DNA from: a plasmid
Strand: one strand, 5' to 3'
Sequence record: NZ_AP019754.1
Length of the DNA: 64,000 nt
Made by a program: the position numbers and the translations under genes. Positions 25,426-36,243 of the stretch are shown one piece after another (position 1 is the stretch's first letter; each line of letters begins with the position of its first letter). The notes beneath the pieces were generated by a model. That model saw nothing but the letters and a program-made list of their open reading frames with translations, did not search any database and was not told the DNA's origin.

Positions 25426-26331
25426 TCAGGGCGCTTTCACGCCATTCGCCATTCGCAGTTGCGAAGGGGGCAAGCCTGTCACCTGTTTGAAGCGGTGGCT
25501 GAAATGACTTAGCGAACTAAAGCCAGTATCCAGTGCGATTTGCGTCAACGGCAGCGAGGTTGACTGCACCATCTGCTGTGCTTTTTCCATGCGGCGCTGC
25601 ATAACGTACTGATGGGGCGCAATACCGAGCGACTGGCGAAACATCCTGGCAAAATGGTACTCACTCAGGTTTGCCTGAGTGGCCAGTGCATCAAGCGTGA
25701 GGGGCAATGCCAGGTGCGCATCAATAAAAGCCAGCGTATTGCGTAATACAAAGGGGGCCAGTCCACCCGTTACCGCCGGAGGCCGCCACTGAACGCTGGA
25801 ATAGTGCTGGATCAGATGAGTTAATAACAGGGTGCTGGCAGTGCTCAACATGAGGTGATTTGCGGGCTGCTGCCAGTCACAGCTGAGTAAGAACTGGCGA
25901 TACAACGTGGTGATACTGGCATCACTGCAAAATATTTTCTCATCCAGTGCAATCGACAGCGGGCTGCGATCCCATATTTTCTCGCCCACATCGCGTAAAT
26001 GCTCATCTGTGCAATAGAGATGCACAAAAGAGAGGTTATTACGTACGTCCCATGTGGATTCGCTCTGCTGCGGCATCAGGCAGAATTTATCTGGTCCACC
26101 GCCGTTTCGCCAGCCGGAAGCGGTTTTGTGGTAACTCTCATAGCCATCGGCAACATACAGGCTTAGCGTGTGATGGTTACTGTTTACGGTAATCCTGTCT
26201 TGCTTGTTGTGCCACGCTGCCAGCCGGATGCCGGAGTTAAGCATGACCGATTCGCGCAACACAGCTTTATTTTGACGCAGTATTTCAAACGTGTCGTAAA
26301 CGCGAGACATAACTCTTTTCCGCCCGTTCAT
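25426..26331 (-). CDS. AraC/XylS-family transcriptional regulator
   Basis: C-terminal double HTH (LTLDALATQANLSEYHFARMFRQ...). Divergent from the EamA transporter. An alternative start at M8 (26310) is possible. Confidence 0.75.
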   Translation of the reverse strand: MNGRKRVMSRVYDTFEILRQNKAVLRESVMLNSGIRLAAWHNKQDRITVNSNHHTLSLYVADGYESYHKTASGWRNGGGPDKFCLMPQQSESTWDVRNNLSFVHLYCTDEHLRDVGEKIWDRSPLSIALDEKIFCSDASITTLYRQFLLSCDWQQPANHLMLSTASTLLLTHLIQHYSSVQWRPPAVTGGLAPFVLRNTLAFIDAHLALPLTLDALATQANLSEYHFARMFRQSLGIAPHQYVMQRRMEKAQQMVQSTSLPLTQIALDTGFSSLSHFSHRFKQVTGLPPSQLRMANGVKAP

Positions 26332-26479
26332 CAGAGGCTCAGTCTAGGGCGAGAGCCGGCAGGTAGCCAGATCTGTATCGTTAAAATGCGCAAGATTTTG
26401 CAAATCAGACGCAGGTTCATAGAAGCGTGCGTCCTGATCAGTTGGGACACTGTGTTCTGCTTCGTTTAAAGGAAAAAGC

Positions 26480-27385
26480 ATGAACGCATTACTCTATGCT
26501 GTGGTCGTGGTTATCTGGGGTACAACCTGGATTGCCATCTTTTTGCAACAAGGGCCCGTTGATGTCACGGTGTCCGTTTTCTGGCGCTTCGCCATAGCCA
26601 GTATTTTATTGCTGACGCTCCTGCAGATAATGGGGCGCCTGCGCAGATTAGCGCCGCGCGATCATCTGTTTTGCGCTTTGCAGGGCTGCTGTGTATTTTG
26701 CTTTAATTTTTGGTGCTTTTACACCGCCGCCGGTTATATCAATACCGGTTTAGAGTCCGTGATTTTTTCCATGGCGGTGCTGTATAACGCAGTAAACAGT
26801 TATCTGTTTTTTGGGCAGCGCCCCCAGCCGCGTTTCTGGTTTGCGGTCACGCTGGGATTAACGGGCATGATCCTGTTGTTTTGGGACGATCTGCACATCA
26901 GCGGCGCAAGCGGTGGACTGTGGCGAGGCATCGGCCTGTCGGCGTTGGGCACGTTTGGCTTTTCTCTTGGCAACATGATCAGCCTGCGGCATCAGCGCAG
27001 ACAGCTGGAAACCATGACCACTAACGCCTGGGCTATGTTGTACGGCGCAATAGTCATGGGCATTATCGCTCTGCTTCGTGGCGTGAGTTTCTCACCGCTC
27101 TGGACACTGAGCTACCTCAGTGCCTTGCTTTATTTGTCCATATTTGGTTCGGTCATTGCGTTTTGGGCGTATTTCACCCTGGTCAGACGTACGGGCGCCG
27201 CTAAAGCCGCATACACAACACTGATGTTTCCGTTGGTTGCCCTCACCTTATCGACGGTTTATGAAGGCTATCACTGGCAAAGCCACAGCGTGGTGGGATT
27301 GCTGATGATCCTGGGCGGTAACCTGGTGATGTTCGGACGTCCCTTGCGCTGGCCAAAACCGAAACCCATGCCGGGCACGCTATAA
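26480..27385 (+). CDS. EamA/DMT-family transporter
   Basis: 301 aa with ~10 TM segments. Duplicated EamA-type architecture. Confidence 0.7.
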   Translation: MNALLYAVVVVIWGTTWIAIFLQQGPVDVTVSVFWRFAIASILLLTLLQIMGRLRRLAPRDHLFCALQGCCVFCFNFWCFYTAAGYINTGLESVIFSMAVLYNAVNSYLFFGQRPQPRFWFAVTLGLTGMILLFWDDLHISGASGGLWRGIGLSALGTFGFSLGNMISLRHQRRQLETMTTNAWAMLYGAIVMGIIALLRGVSFSPLWTLSYLSALLYLSIFGSVIAFWAYFTLVRRTGAAKAAYTTLMFPLVALTLSTVYEGYHWQSHSVVGLLMILGGNLVMFGRPLRWPKPKPMPGTL

Positions 27386-27405
27386 AGCAGTGATCAGATA
27401 AGGCG

Positions 27406-27753
27406 TTATTCACTGGCTTGCGGAATGCTCTGCGGCTGAAGTTGATATATCCATGCGGTGACACTGTCACCGTTTTCCAGGGCCACCTTAACGCTGATCC
27501 GGTCATAACCCTCCTCAAATTCATCCAGCATCGGCCAGTGTAGGTACAGATTGTCCGAGGAAAAAAGAAAGCCCTGCACTTGTGGCCCGCGATCGTCCAC
27601 AACAATACCGGGAAAGCCTGCAGCCGCGCCGCGCCCTTCAGTAAAAAAAACGCCCCGGACAACTCCGGCCTGCCAGGCGCCACCGATGTTCTCCAGAAGA
27701 GAGGCGTTACTGCGGCCCGGACACAGGGTGCCATAAACAAACAACCTTTCCAT
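27406..27753 (-). CDS. Gamma-glutamylcyclotransferase-like (AIG2/GGCT family) protein
   Basis: Start at MERLFVYGTL with the YGTL/YGSL motif typical of GGCT-like proteins. The track ORF extends 18 codons further upstream. Confidence 0.6.
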   Translation of the reverse strand: MERLFVYGTLCPGRSNASLLENIGGAWQAGVVRGVFFTEGRGAAAGFPGIVVDDRGPQVQGFLFSSDNLYLHWPMLDEFEEGYDRISVKVALENGDSVTAWIYQLQPQSIPQASE

Positions 27754-28011
27754 ATTCGTCTCTGTCACAAAAACTGCCACCTTACCTGTCTGGAATGTCG
27801 TTGTCATCAGGCAGGGGCGATCAGGTCACGAGTCTGTATATCAGGCTGATAAACAACAACCTTATGCAAGGCAACGCGCAAATAGAACAGGGTTTAATCG
27901 CTAAAGGCTGAGGCAAGTCATTATTTTTTATTCCCGTCAGCGGTTGAGTGAGATAGTCTTTATTTTCTATTTATCAAGTTTTAGAAATTAAATATATCTC
28001 TGATTAACAGG

Positions 28012-28038
28012 TAAAGCTGGTTTGTACTGTGCCGATAA
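28012..28038 (+). promoter_or_regulatory. Sigma-28 (FliA) class-III promoter for the MCP gene
   Basis: TAAAGCTG-N11-GCCGATAA against consensus TAAAGTTT-N11-GCCGATAA. Lies ~45 bp upstream of the MCP start. Confidence 0.7.
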
Positions 28039-28084
28039 GAATGCATTGCGATAACCTTTTTCAATTTCACACTCAGGGGCTTTT

Positions 28085-29743
28085 ATGACTATTACCCAGC
28101 GTTTGGTGCTGGCATTTTCATTGCTGGCGTTATCACTTTGTGCGCTCGTTGCTGTTTCATTATCCGTGATATCCGGTTTCCAGTCGCGCTTTGAATATGT
28201 TCAGGTGAATGCGATACCCAGCATTAAAGATCTGAACAAGTCAATCAGTGCAACTAACCAGCTCGGGCTGGCATTGTATCGTCATCAGGCGATGGCCGAC
28301 AGCGCGAAACAGGCCGCAGCTGAAGATAAAATCAATGGCATTCTTGATAATATTAAATCGCTGAATGACTACTATATGGCGAATGATATTTCCAGTGATG
28401 AAGATAAAGCGATGACGGTACAGGCGCAACGTAACCTTGACGCGGTTCGTAGCACGCTTCCGGCATTTCTTGCAGCTTCGCGCAGTCACGATAATGCCCT
28501 GTCGCTAGAACAGCTTCAGGGCGAAAACGGCATTGGCGCCGCTGCCCGCAAAATGGAGTCTGACTTCACCAAACAAATCGATTTGAATATTAAAATTGGT
28601 GATGGATTAAGAGCAGAGAATAACCGTATTTATTCACAGACGTTTTGGATGATGACAAGTGCATCCGTGCTGGTTATTGTGTTACTCGGCCTGTTCTCTG
28701 TCAGTATTATTCTGGGAATTAAAAGAAGCCTGACCAGCATTAAAGATACGATGTCGACCGTCAGTAATAACCTTGATTTGACCTGTTCAGCGCCTGTCCT
28801 CAGAAACGATGAAATAGGCCAGACCGCATCAGCGTTTAATGATTTGTTGAAACGTGTATCCACCACTCTGATGTCTGTGAACCATTCAGCGCAATCTGTC
28901 AGTACGGGCGCGACGCAAATCGCAGCGGGCAATGAAGACCTGTCATCGCGTACGGAACAACAGGCGGCTTCACTGGAAGAAACGTCAGTCAGTATGGCGA
29001 CGCTGAGCGATACCGTGCGTCAGAATGCGGAAGGTGCGGTCCAGGCCAGCAATCTGGCAAATAATGCCAATACGCTGTCCAAACAAAACGGCTCCGCAGT
29101 CAGTCAAATGTTGACGACGATGGGCGACATTCGCGGCAGTTCTGCCAAAATTTCTGAAATCACCGGGCTTATTGAGGGGATTGCTTTCCAGACCAATATC
29201 CTGGCGCTTAATGCCGCGGTAGAAGCGGCACGTGCCGGTGAACACGGCAGGGGGTTCGCGGTCGTCGCCTCTGAGGTCCGTAATCTGGCACAGCGCTCTT
29301 CGTCCGCAGCCCGGGAGATTAAAGATCTTATCAACGTGTCAGTTTCACAAGTTGAGCAGGGCCTTGAGCAGGCAACAAGCGTGGGCAGCAATTCAGACAA
29401 CGTCAGCAATGCTATTCAACAGGTCGCTGATTTAGTCAATGAAATTGCGGCCGCTACGGCCGAGCAGAGTAAAGGCATTGAGCAGGTTCATCTGGCCATC
29501 GGGCAAATGGATGAAGTGACGCAGCAAAACGCCTCACTGGTTGAAGAAGCGTCTTCGGCGTCTAAATCTCTGCAGGAGCAGGCAGAAACGCTGTCGAGAC
29601 TGGTTTCAACCTTTAAGGTTAATGACAGTGTCACCCAGGTTGCTTCACCAGCCAGTGTGCCGGTGAGCCCGTCAGTACCCGCACTGAAAAGGCCGGATTT
29701 GAAAGCAGTCAACGTCGATAAGGTTAACTGGGAAAGTTTCTGA
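28085..29743 (+). CDS. Methyl-accepting chemotaxis protein
   Basis: 552 aa. N-terminal TM and periplasmic 4-helix sensor, HAMP and conserved MCP signalling domain. C-terminal NWESF pentapeptide (CheR/CheB tether). Confidence 0.9.
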   Translation: MTITQRLVLAFSLLALSLCALVAVSLSVISGFQSRFEYVQVNAIPSIKDLNKSISATNQLGLALYRHQAMADSAKQAAAEDKINGILDNIKSLNDYYMANDISSDEDKAMTVQAQRNLDAVRSTLPAFLAASRSHDNALSLEQLQGENGIGAAARKMESDFTKQIDLNIKIGDGLRAENNRIYSQTFWMMTSASVLVIVLLGLFSVSIILGIKRSLTSIKDTMSTVSNNLDLTCSAPVLRNDEIGQTASAFNDLLKRVSTTLMSVNHSAQSVSTGATQIAAGNEDLSSRTEQQAASLEETSVSMATLSDTVRQNAEGAVQASNLANNANTLSKQNGSAVSQMLTTMGDIRGSSAKISEITGLIEGIAFQTNILALNAAVEAARAGEHGRGFAVVASEVRNLAQRSSSAAREIKDLINVSVSQVEQGLEQATSVGSNSDNVSNAIQQVADLVNEIAAATAEQSKGIEQVHLAIGQMDEVTQQNASLVEEASSASKSLQEQAETLSRLVSTFKVNDSVTQVASPASVPVSPSVPALKRPDLKAVNVDKVNWESF

Positions 29744-29790
29744 TGCCTTCTTTAGGGATCTAAGCCCGCCGGTGCCTGCTGGCGACAAAA

Positions 29791-29817
29791 AGCGCTGTGT
29801 ACGACAGCGCTTTTTTA
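29791..29817. terminator. Bidirectional Rho-independent terminator between the MCP and the convergent RND gene
   Basis: AGCGCTGT-GTACG-ACAGCGCT hairpin flanked by an A-tract upstream and TTTTTTATT downstream. Confidence 0.7.
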
Positions 29818-29923
29818 TTGCCCGATGCACGTCTTTTCTGCCAGTAAAGCGGGTGAGCGTGTCGCTTGTTGTCCTGGGTAACAGGCAGGCCTGATCAGGC
29901 CCCCTGTTACTGCCGGTTATCAC

Positions 29924-32900
29924 TCACTGATCTTGCACCTGATTCTGACGGCGTCCTTCTCTTTGCATGACCAGGCTGAGCGAGGCCGGTAACAGCGTTA
30001 ACGTGACCAGCGTTCCGGTGACCAGACCGCCGATAATGGCGTACGCCATTGGCCCCCAGAACACCTGCCGGGAGATGGGCAACATGCCGAATATCGCCGC
30101 ACAAGCCGTCAGTAATATTGGTCGGGCGCGATGAATAGCCGCGTGATAAATCGCCTCGTTGTGCATCATGCCTGCCTGAGTATTACTGTCCACCTCACTG
30201 ATCATGATCACCGCGTTACGGATGATCATGCCTGCCAGCGCGATAATCCCTAACAGCGCAACAAATCCCATTGGCGTTCCACTCGGCAACATGGCGATAA
30301 CGATGCCGGGTAAGCCGAAAGGGGCCATCAGCAGCGCCAGCAACATTCTTGAGAAGCGTTTCAACTGCAGCATCAACAGGATAAGCATCACACTCAGCGT
30401 GACCGGCAACACCGCAAACACCGATCGGTTACCTTTATCCGATTCGGCGACGGTACCGCCTTCTTCAATATGATAGCCGGCAGGCAAGGACGCGCGGAAT
30501 GTATCCAGTTCGGGCTTCAGCTGATCTGAAACGTTTTCAGCACGCGCCGTAGGGGCAATATCGGTTTGCACCGTAATGTAAGGCTGGCGCTGACGTCGCC
30601 AGATAACCGGATCCTCAAGCTGCCATTTCAATGTCGCAACCTGACCCAGTGGGATTTTCTGTCCAGAGGCGGTATCCAGCATCAGACCGTTGAGGATATC
30701 GGTATTTTGCCGTTCCTCATCGTTTCCCCTGAGCACCACATCAATCAGTCGGTTACGATCACGGATCGTGGTTACCTTACTGCCTGACGTCACAGTATTC
30801 AGCATGGAGGCGATGCTTTCAGAAGAGACACCAACCGCACGCGCTGCCGTCTGATTGACATCAAGTCTGATAACCCGCTCGGGTTCACCTGCTGTCATAT
30901 TCACCTCACGCGTATTTGGCGATCGTGACAGCTGTAAGGCCAGTTTTTCCGCAATTTCACGAACCTGCCTGTAGTCGGGGCCTGTAACGCGGTACTTTAG
31001 CGGCCAGCCAATCGGTGGCCCCAGTTCAAGGGGCGAAACGCGCGAGGTGATATCACTAAAGTCACGTGCCAGGATGTGATCCAGCTTGTTGCGTACTCTT
31101 TCACGAGCGTCAAGGCTCTTCGCAACCACCACCAGCTGGGCAGTATTTTCATTGTCCAGCAAGACCTCCATCGGCAAATAGAAACGTACCGCGCCAGAGC
31201 CGACATAACTGGAGAAATGATCGATGTCGTTATCGCTGCGTATCAGGTTTTCCAGTTGTCCGGTTCGCCGGGTGGTTTCGGTTTGAGAGGCATTCGCGGG
31301 CAATGTCAGGTTCACTAACAGCTCAGGGCGGTCTGAAGCGGGGAAAAATTCCCCCTGCATCAGCGTTGTGCCGAAGATCCCCATGCCCAGCAGCAGGAGG
31401 GCGAGAGTGACCGTCGTCCAGCGATACCTAAGCGTTTGATCGAGCAGGCGGCGATAAAATCGGCCCATCAGCCCCGGCTGTTTGTGCGTTGCGTGGGCGC
31501 TATCTGTCAGCAGCCAGGTGCCTGTCACGGGTGAAAACAGAATAGCCACCACCCAGGAGCAGAGCAGAGAAATCAAGACAACCGCAAAAAGCGAGTAACA
31601 ATATTCGCCCGCGCTGGAGGCGGCAAAGCCCACCGGGATAAAACCGGCTATCATCACCAGCGTGCCCGTCAGCATAGGGAAGGCCGTGGTTTTAAACGCA
31701 AATGTTGCCGCCTGCCATTTGCTGTCGCCTGCTTCAATGCGTGACACCATGGTTTCCACCGTGATCATCGCATCATCAACCAGCAGCCCGAGTGCAATAA
31801 TTAAGGCGCCCAGTGAAATACGTTGCAAACCTATCCCTGCAAACGTCATTCCGACAAACGTCATGGCCAGCACCAACGGGATCGCCGCCGCGACCACCAG
31901 CCCTGCCCGAAAACCCAGTGAAAAAAAGGATATCGCCAGGACAATGATGACGGCTTCCGCCAGCACCTGAACAAATCCGCTAACCGCCGTTTTGACGACG
32001 GTGGATTGATCGGCGACTTTTATCATATTGATACCATGCGGTAACTGGCTGGCGATAATTGCCATCCGCTGATTGAGTGCCTGGCCAAATCTGAGCATGT
32101 TGCCAGAAGGGGCCATGGAAACCGCCAGCCCAATGGCGGGCTCACCATTGACACGAAAGGTGGAAGAGGGTGGCTGTGAGGGCTGAAGCGAGATCGTCGC
32201 AATATCCGACAGCGGGATAAAGCGCTGACCAATGCGCAGTGTAACCGCCTCCAGGTTTGCCACCGTCGTCAGCGCACCGCTGACACGAAGCGCAATATTC
32301 TCTTTATCGGTGCGTATTTCCCCCGCGGGCGCCACGGCATTCTGCGCCGTTAATGCATCGCTGACTTGCTGAAGCGTAAGGCCCATACCATCCAGCTTCC
32401 TGGGTGAGAAGGCGATAACAATCTGCTCCTCCTGTTCACCCAACAGGGTAATTTTGCCCGTATCAGGCACATCCATCAGGTCACGACGAATATTATCGAC
32501 CTTATCGCGCAGTTCGCGTGGGCTGAAGCCATCGGCGGTAAAACCATAAATGGTGCCAAACGTATCACCAAACTCATCATTGACGCCTGGGCCCTGAACG
32601 CCTTGCGGCAGGCTTGGGGCGATATCCTGCATTTTTTTCCGGATCTGGTACCAGATGGTTGGAACCTGTGCCGGGGGCGTATCATCGCGCAGATTAACAA
32701 ATATCACCGTCTTGCCAGCCCGCGTTTCACTTTCAATAAAATCCAGCGAAGGCGTTTCCTGAAGCTTTTTTTCCAACGTATCGGTGACCAACTGCATGGT
32801 GTCTTCGACCGTGGCGCCAGGCCACTGTGCCGACACCACCGCCGTTTTAATCGTAAAGGCGGGATCTTCATTACGCGGCAGATCGATGTAGCTGAGAACA

Positions 32901-33001
32901 CCCGTCGTCATCACTAACAGCATAAAGAAGATCACCAGCTGCTGGTGCGCTAGCGCCCAGGCGGACAGGTTAACGCCGTGCAGAGTGCTGTCCGGTTTCA
33001 T
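29924..33001 (-). CDS. RND multidrug efflux permease (AcrB/AcrD/AcrF family)
   Basis: 1025 aa, 12-TM RND architecture. Overlaps the upstream MFP gene by 4 nt. Confidence 0.9.
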   Translation of the reverse strand: MKPDSTLHGVNLSAWALAHQQLVIFFMLLVMTTGVLSYIDLPRNEDPAFTIKTAVVSAQWPGATVEDTMQLVTDTLEKKLQETPSLDFIESETRAGKTVIFVNLRDDTPPAQVPTIWYQIRKKMQDIAPSLPQGVQGPGVNDEFGDTFGTIYGFTADGFSPRELRDKVDNIRRDLMDVPDTGKITLLGEQEEQIVIAFSPRKLDGMGLTLQQVSDALTAQNAVAPAGEIRTDKENIALRVSGALTTVANLEAVTLRIGQRFIPLSDIATISLQPSQPPSSTFRVNGEPAIGLAVSMAPSGNMLRFGQALNQRMAIIASQLPHGINMIKVADQSTVVKTAVSGFVQVLAEAVIIVLAISFFSLGFRAGLVVAAAIPLVLAMTFVGMTFAGIGLQRISLGALIIALGLLVDDAMITVETMVSRIEAGDSKWQAATFAFKTTAFPMLTGTLVMIAGFIPVGFAASSAGEYCYSLFAVVLISLLCSWVVAILFSPVTGTWLLTDSAHATHKQPGLMGRFYRRLLDQTLRYRWTTVTLALLLLGMGIFGTTLMQGEFFPASDRPELLVNLTLPANASQTETTRRTGQLENLIRSDNDIDHFSSYVGSGAVRFYLPMEVLLDNENTAQLVVVAKSLDARERVRNKLDHILARDFSDITSRVSPLELGPPIGWPLKYRVTGPDYRQVREIAEKLALQLSRSPNTREVNMTAGEPERVIRLDVNQTAARAVGVSSESIASMLNTVTSGSKVTTIRDRNRLIDVVLRGNDEERQNTDILNGLMLDTASGQKIPLGQVATLKWQLEDPVIWRRQRQPYITVQTDIAPTARAENVSDQLKPELDTFRASLPAGYHIEEGGTVAESDKGNRSVFAVLPVTLSVMLILLMLQLKRFSRMLLALLMAPFGLPGIVIAMLPSGTPMGFVALLGIIALAGMIIRNAVIMISEVDSNTQAGMMHNEAIYHAAIHRARPILLTACAAIFGMLPISRQVFWGPMAYAIIGGLVTGTLVTLTLLPASLSLVMQREGRRQNQVQDQ

Positions 33002-34158
33002 TTGTCGTTCTCCTCAAGCCTGACGCGCTCGCCTGGCAGCAATGTTTTTACGCCTGCGGTGACCACGCGCTCGCCCGGCTGCACGCCAGCGCTGAGATAG
33101 ATCTGCTGTGCATCAAACCGCGTCAGTTGGATGGGCCTGACCTGAATCTGCTGGGTTTTGCTGTTAACGACGAAGACGGCAGGCCGCTCCCCGGCTCGCG
33201 TGAGTGCACTGGCTGGCAGCGCAATGACCTGGTCCACTTTTCCGGGAAAAGTGCCCAGTACCGTTGAACCCAGTGCCATATCGGCTGGCGGATTGGTCAG
33301 CGTCACGCGAAGCCGCCAGGTGCGGGTTTGTGAATCGGCCTGCGGGCTGATATCACGAAACTGCCCGTCCGCCTTCAGCGCAGGATTGGATAACAGCGCG
33401 ATCCGGATCGGCGTGGTTGTCGCCTTTTCTGTGAGTGTAGGTTCGGCGAGGTCAAACACGGCATCGCGCTTGCCGTCGGCTGCCAGCGTCATGACCGTCT
33501 GCGCCGCACTCACCACCTGCCCGGGCTGAACGTTTATCGAGGTGATCACGCCGTCACGCGGTGCGGTGAGCTGTGTCCAGGCCATATTATCGCGCGCATT
33601 TTTAAGCGCAGCCTCACTGCTTTGACGGCGGGAAACGGCGACCTGCCAGTCACCTTGCGCGCTATCTAACTGCGCGCGGGAGATGGCACCGCCCGGCATG
33701 AGCAGCTTCATACGGTGAAGCGTGAGAGCGGCAACGCGCTCCGATGCCCGTGCACTGTTGAGATCGGCCGTCGCGCTGCTGAGCTGATTTTGGGCAGCGT
33801 TACTCTCTAATGTCGCAAGCACCTGACCTGCGGTAACGTGCTGACCCATATCGGTCGTTCGGGCGGTTACCCGACCCTCCAGTCTGAACGCTAACGCTAT
33901 TTCTTCGTGCGCCCGGATCTCACCCGTTTGCGTCATAAGACCGCCACTGGAAAAGGGCGGTACCGTCAGGGTACGGACGGGACGTAGCGTGTCCCGCTGG
34001 GCAGGCTTTTCATCTCTACACCCTGCAAGTATCAAGATGCCCACCACGAACAGTGGCGGTACAGCAGCGTTGAAGAGGGTGAGGTGGCGCAGCGCCTGGC
34101 GAGCAAAACAAGGAATAAAATCTGTCATAGCCGGATTCCTTAAATGAGACAGCCTCAT
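32998..34158 (-). CDS. RND efflux periplasmic adaptor (membrane fusion protein), lipoprotein
   Basis: 386 aa. Lipobox ILAGC. HlyD/MFP family. Confidence 0.85.
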   Translation of the reverse strand: MRLSHLRNPAMTDFIPCFARQALRHLTLFNAAVPPLFVVGILILAGCRDEKPAQRDTLRPVRTLTVPPFSSGGLMTQTGEIRAHEEIALAFRLEGRVTARTTDMGQHVTAGQVLATLESNAAQNQLSSATADLNSARASERVAALTLHRMKLLMPGGAISRAQLDSAQGDWQVAVSRRQSSEAALKNARDNMAWTQLTAPRDGVITSINVQPGQVVSAAQTVMTLAADGKRDAVFDLAEPTLTEKATTTPIRIALLSNPALKADGQFRDISPQADSQTRTWRLRVTLTNPPADMALGSTVLGTFPGKVDQVIALPASALTRAGERPAVFVVNSKTQQIQVRPIQLTRFDAQQIYLSAGVQPGERVVTAGVKTLLPGERVRLEENDK

Positions 34159-34261
34159 TTAACGTGGCTTATGTCCAGAATCCTTTTATGAATCATCAAG
34201 AAATGGTCAAGGTCAGCAAAAATGCCTGGCGCAGGGCGCGCAGGCTTCACTTTTGCCGGTC

Positions 34262-35449
34262 CTACTCTGCTGGCAGGCTTTCTATTATGGGCAGCGTAAT
34301 CATGATGTGTAATCCTCCTTCAGGCGGCAGGCTGGCACGGATAGCACCGCCGTGAGCCTCAACGATGGCTTTCGCAATAGACAATCCCAAACCGCTCCCG
34401 CCAGAATGACGGGCCCGGGAGGAGTCTGCCCGGGTGAAACGGTCAAAGATAATGCTTAAGAACTGAGGATCGACACCCGGACCATAATCACGAAACTGCA
34501 GGGTGATGGCGGAGTCTGAGGCGTGCGCATCAATGGAAATTCGCTTGCCTTCGGCCGCATAGCGCAATGCATTCTCCATTAAAATCGTGATCACCTGACC
34601 GAAGCGGAAAGCATCGCCCGTATAAGGCAGCGATGTTGGTGACTGAACATCTATTTCCACCTGCTCAGCCTCCGCCTGTAGCGCCAGCCAGGAAGCCCTT
34701 TCCCGCATCAGGTCAGCAAGATTAAACCGGGACAGATTCAGGCTCAGCTGACCGGCATCGGCTAGCGACAGCAGATGGAGCTCGTCTGTCAGCCGGCTCA
34801 GTTGCGTCAGCTGCTTCATAATCATGGAAAACTGCCGAGGTTCGGGTTCAAACACGCCGTCCACAATGCCCTGTAGTCGCCCCATGGCCGCGGTTAAGGG
34901 CGAGCGGAGTTCATGAGCAATCGCAACATGTGAGGCTTTGAGTTCACGCTCATAGCGCGCCAGCTGCTGGGTCATCAGGTTAAAGTCATCGGTGAACCGC
35001 ACTAACTCCTGCGGCGCGCCTTTTACCTGACCGACCGAGGTGCTGAATTTTCCCCGTGCGACATCACGCGCCGCGTGCGCCAACTGGCTGAATTGTTTTG
35101 CCAGCGGTAAGGCAAAGCGCAATCCCATCACCACAAAAAAGGGAATAATGAAAGCGACCAGCACGGCTACGGTAATCCAGTCCGAAGACGCAATAGAAGG
35201 GTCGGAAAAGCCAACGCCCCACCATTGATCGACGATCTGATGAAAGCGAGCCGGATCCTGCTCCGGATGCAGGCGCAGTTGGGAAAACTCTGCCCAGAGT
35301 GCGGCGGGCATACGGTAGTAAACCCAGAGTATTTGCAGGGCAAATCTCAGCCACATGCAAAAGGCGATAAGAATCACGCCGCCTAAGCCGAGAATCAGTA
35401 TGCGGATACAGATCCAGCGCCACATTGAATCGTTGCTGTCTGGCTTCAT
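34262..35449 (-). CDS. Two-component sensor histidine kinase
   Basis: 395 aa. Two TM segments with a short periplasmic loop, HAMP, H-box HELRSPL, HATPase_c. Confidence 0.85.
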   Translation of the reverse strand: MKPDSNDSMWRWICIRILILGLGGVILIAFCMWLRFALQILWVYYRMPAALWAEFSQLRLHPEQDPARFHQIVDQWWGVGFSDPSIASSDWITVAVLVAFIIPFFVVMGLRFALPLAKQFSQLAHAARDVARGKFSTSVGQVKGAPQELVRFTDDFNLMTQQLARYERELKASHVAIAHELRSPLTAAMGRLQGIVDGVFEPEPRQFSMIMKQLTQLSRLTDELHLLSLADAGQLSLNLSRFNLADLMRERASWLALQAEAEQVEIDVQSPTSLPYTGDAFRFGQVITILMENALRYAAEGKRISIDAHASDSAITLQFRDYGPGVDPQFLSIIFDRFTRADSSRARHSGGSGLGLSIAKAIVEAHGGAIRASLPPEGGLHIMITLPIIESLPAE

Positions 35450-36147
35450 GGTTGTCTGAACCTGTAACCCACGCTGCGCACTGCGGGTAAAATATTCGTC
35501 ATCCCTGCGGCCTCAAGCTTGCGGCGGAGATTGTAGACGTGCGTATCAACGACGCGTTCAAGCGCATCACTCTCTGGCAGACAGTTCTCGAGCAAAAACA
35601 GTCGGCTGAACGGGCGAGTGGGTGCGCGCATTAAGGTCACCAGAATGGAAAATTCCGTTGGCGTCAGATCGAGTCGGTGAGTGCCTTGTGCATTGTTAAC
35701 CACCGCGGTCAGGGAGTCAGGATCGACCTCCAGCCCTGCCCAGCAGAGCTTATCATCCGCCACTTTCGCTTGCCGCGCGCGGCGCAGTACGGCCTGAACA
35801 CGCGCGACCACCTCGCCGGGATGGTAGGGTTTAACGACATAGTCATCTGCGCCATAGCGCAACGCGCCGATTCTGTCTGGCGCGTCTCCCATCGCGGTTA
35901 CCATAATAACGGGCGTGTCACCGCTGCGTCTGATCGCGGCCAGCACTTCGGTGCCATTCATCACCGGCAGCATGACGTCCAGCAATATCAGGTCAGGTTG
36001 CCAACGCCCGACCTGTTCCAGCCCCGTCATGCCGTTACTGGCGACCATCACGTCATAGCCATCACGTTTCAGATAGGCTTCCAGTACGCTGGCGGCATCA
36101 GCGTCATCTTCAATAATCAATACGCGTTTTGTTTTCATTTGGGCCAC
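35446..36147 (-). CDS. OmpR/PhoB-family response regulator
   Basis: 233 aa. Receiver domain (DD...D...K) plus winged-helix. 4-nt overlap with the kinase gene. Confidence 0.88.
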   Translation of the reverse strand: MAQMKTKRVLIIEDDADAASVLEAYLKRDGYDVMVASNGMTGLEQVGRWQPDLILLDVMLPVMNGTEVLAAIRRSGDTPVIMVTAMGDAPDRIGALRYGADDYVVKPYHPGEVVARVQAVLRRARQAKVADDKLCWAGLEVDPDSLTAVVNNAQGTHRLDLTPTEFSILVTLMRAPTRPFSRLFLLENCLPESDALERVVDTHVYNLRRKLEAAGMTNILPAVRSVGYRFRQP

Positions 36148-36243
36148 CTTGACCGTTTCTCCATCGTTTCCTGGGCTTTTGTTGACACGCTGTTTTTATA
36201 CTCCAGCCTGGTCGCGACAATGTCGCCTTCATGACACCACCTG

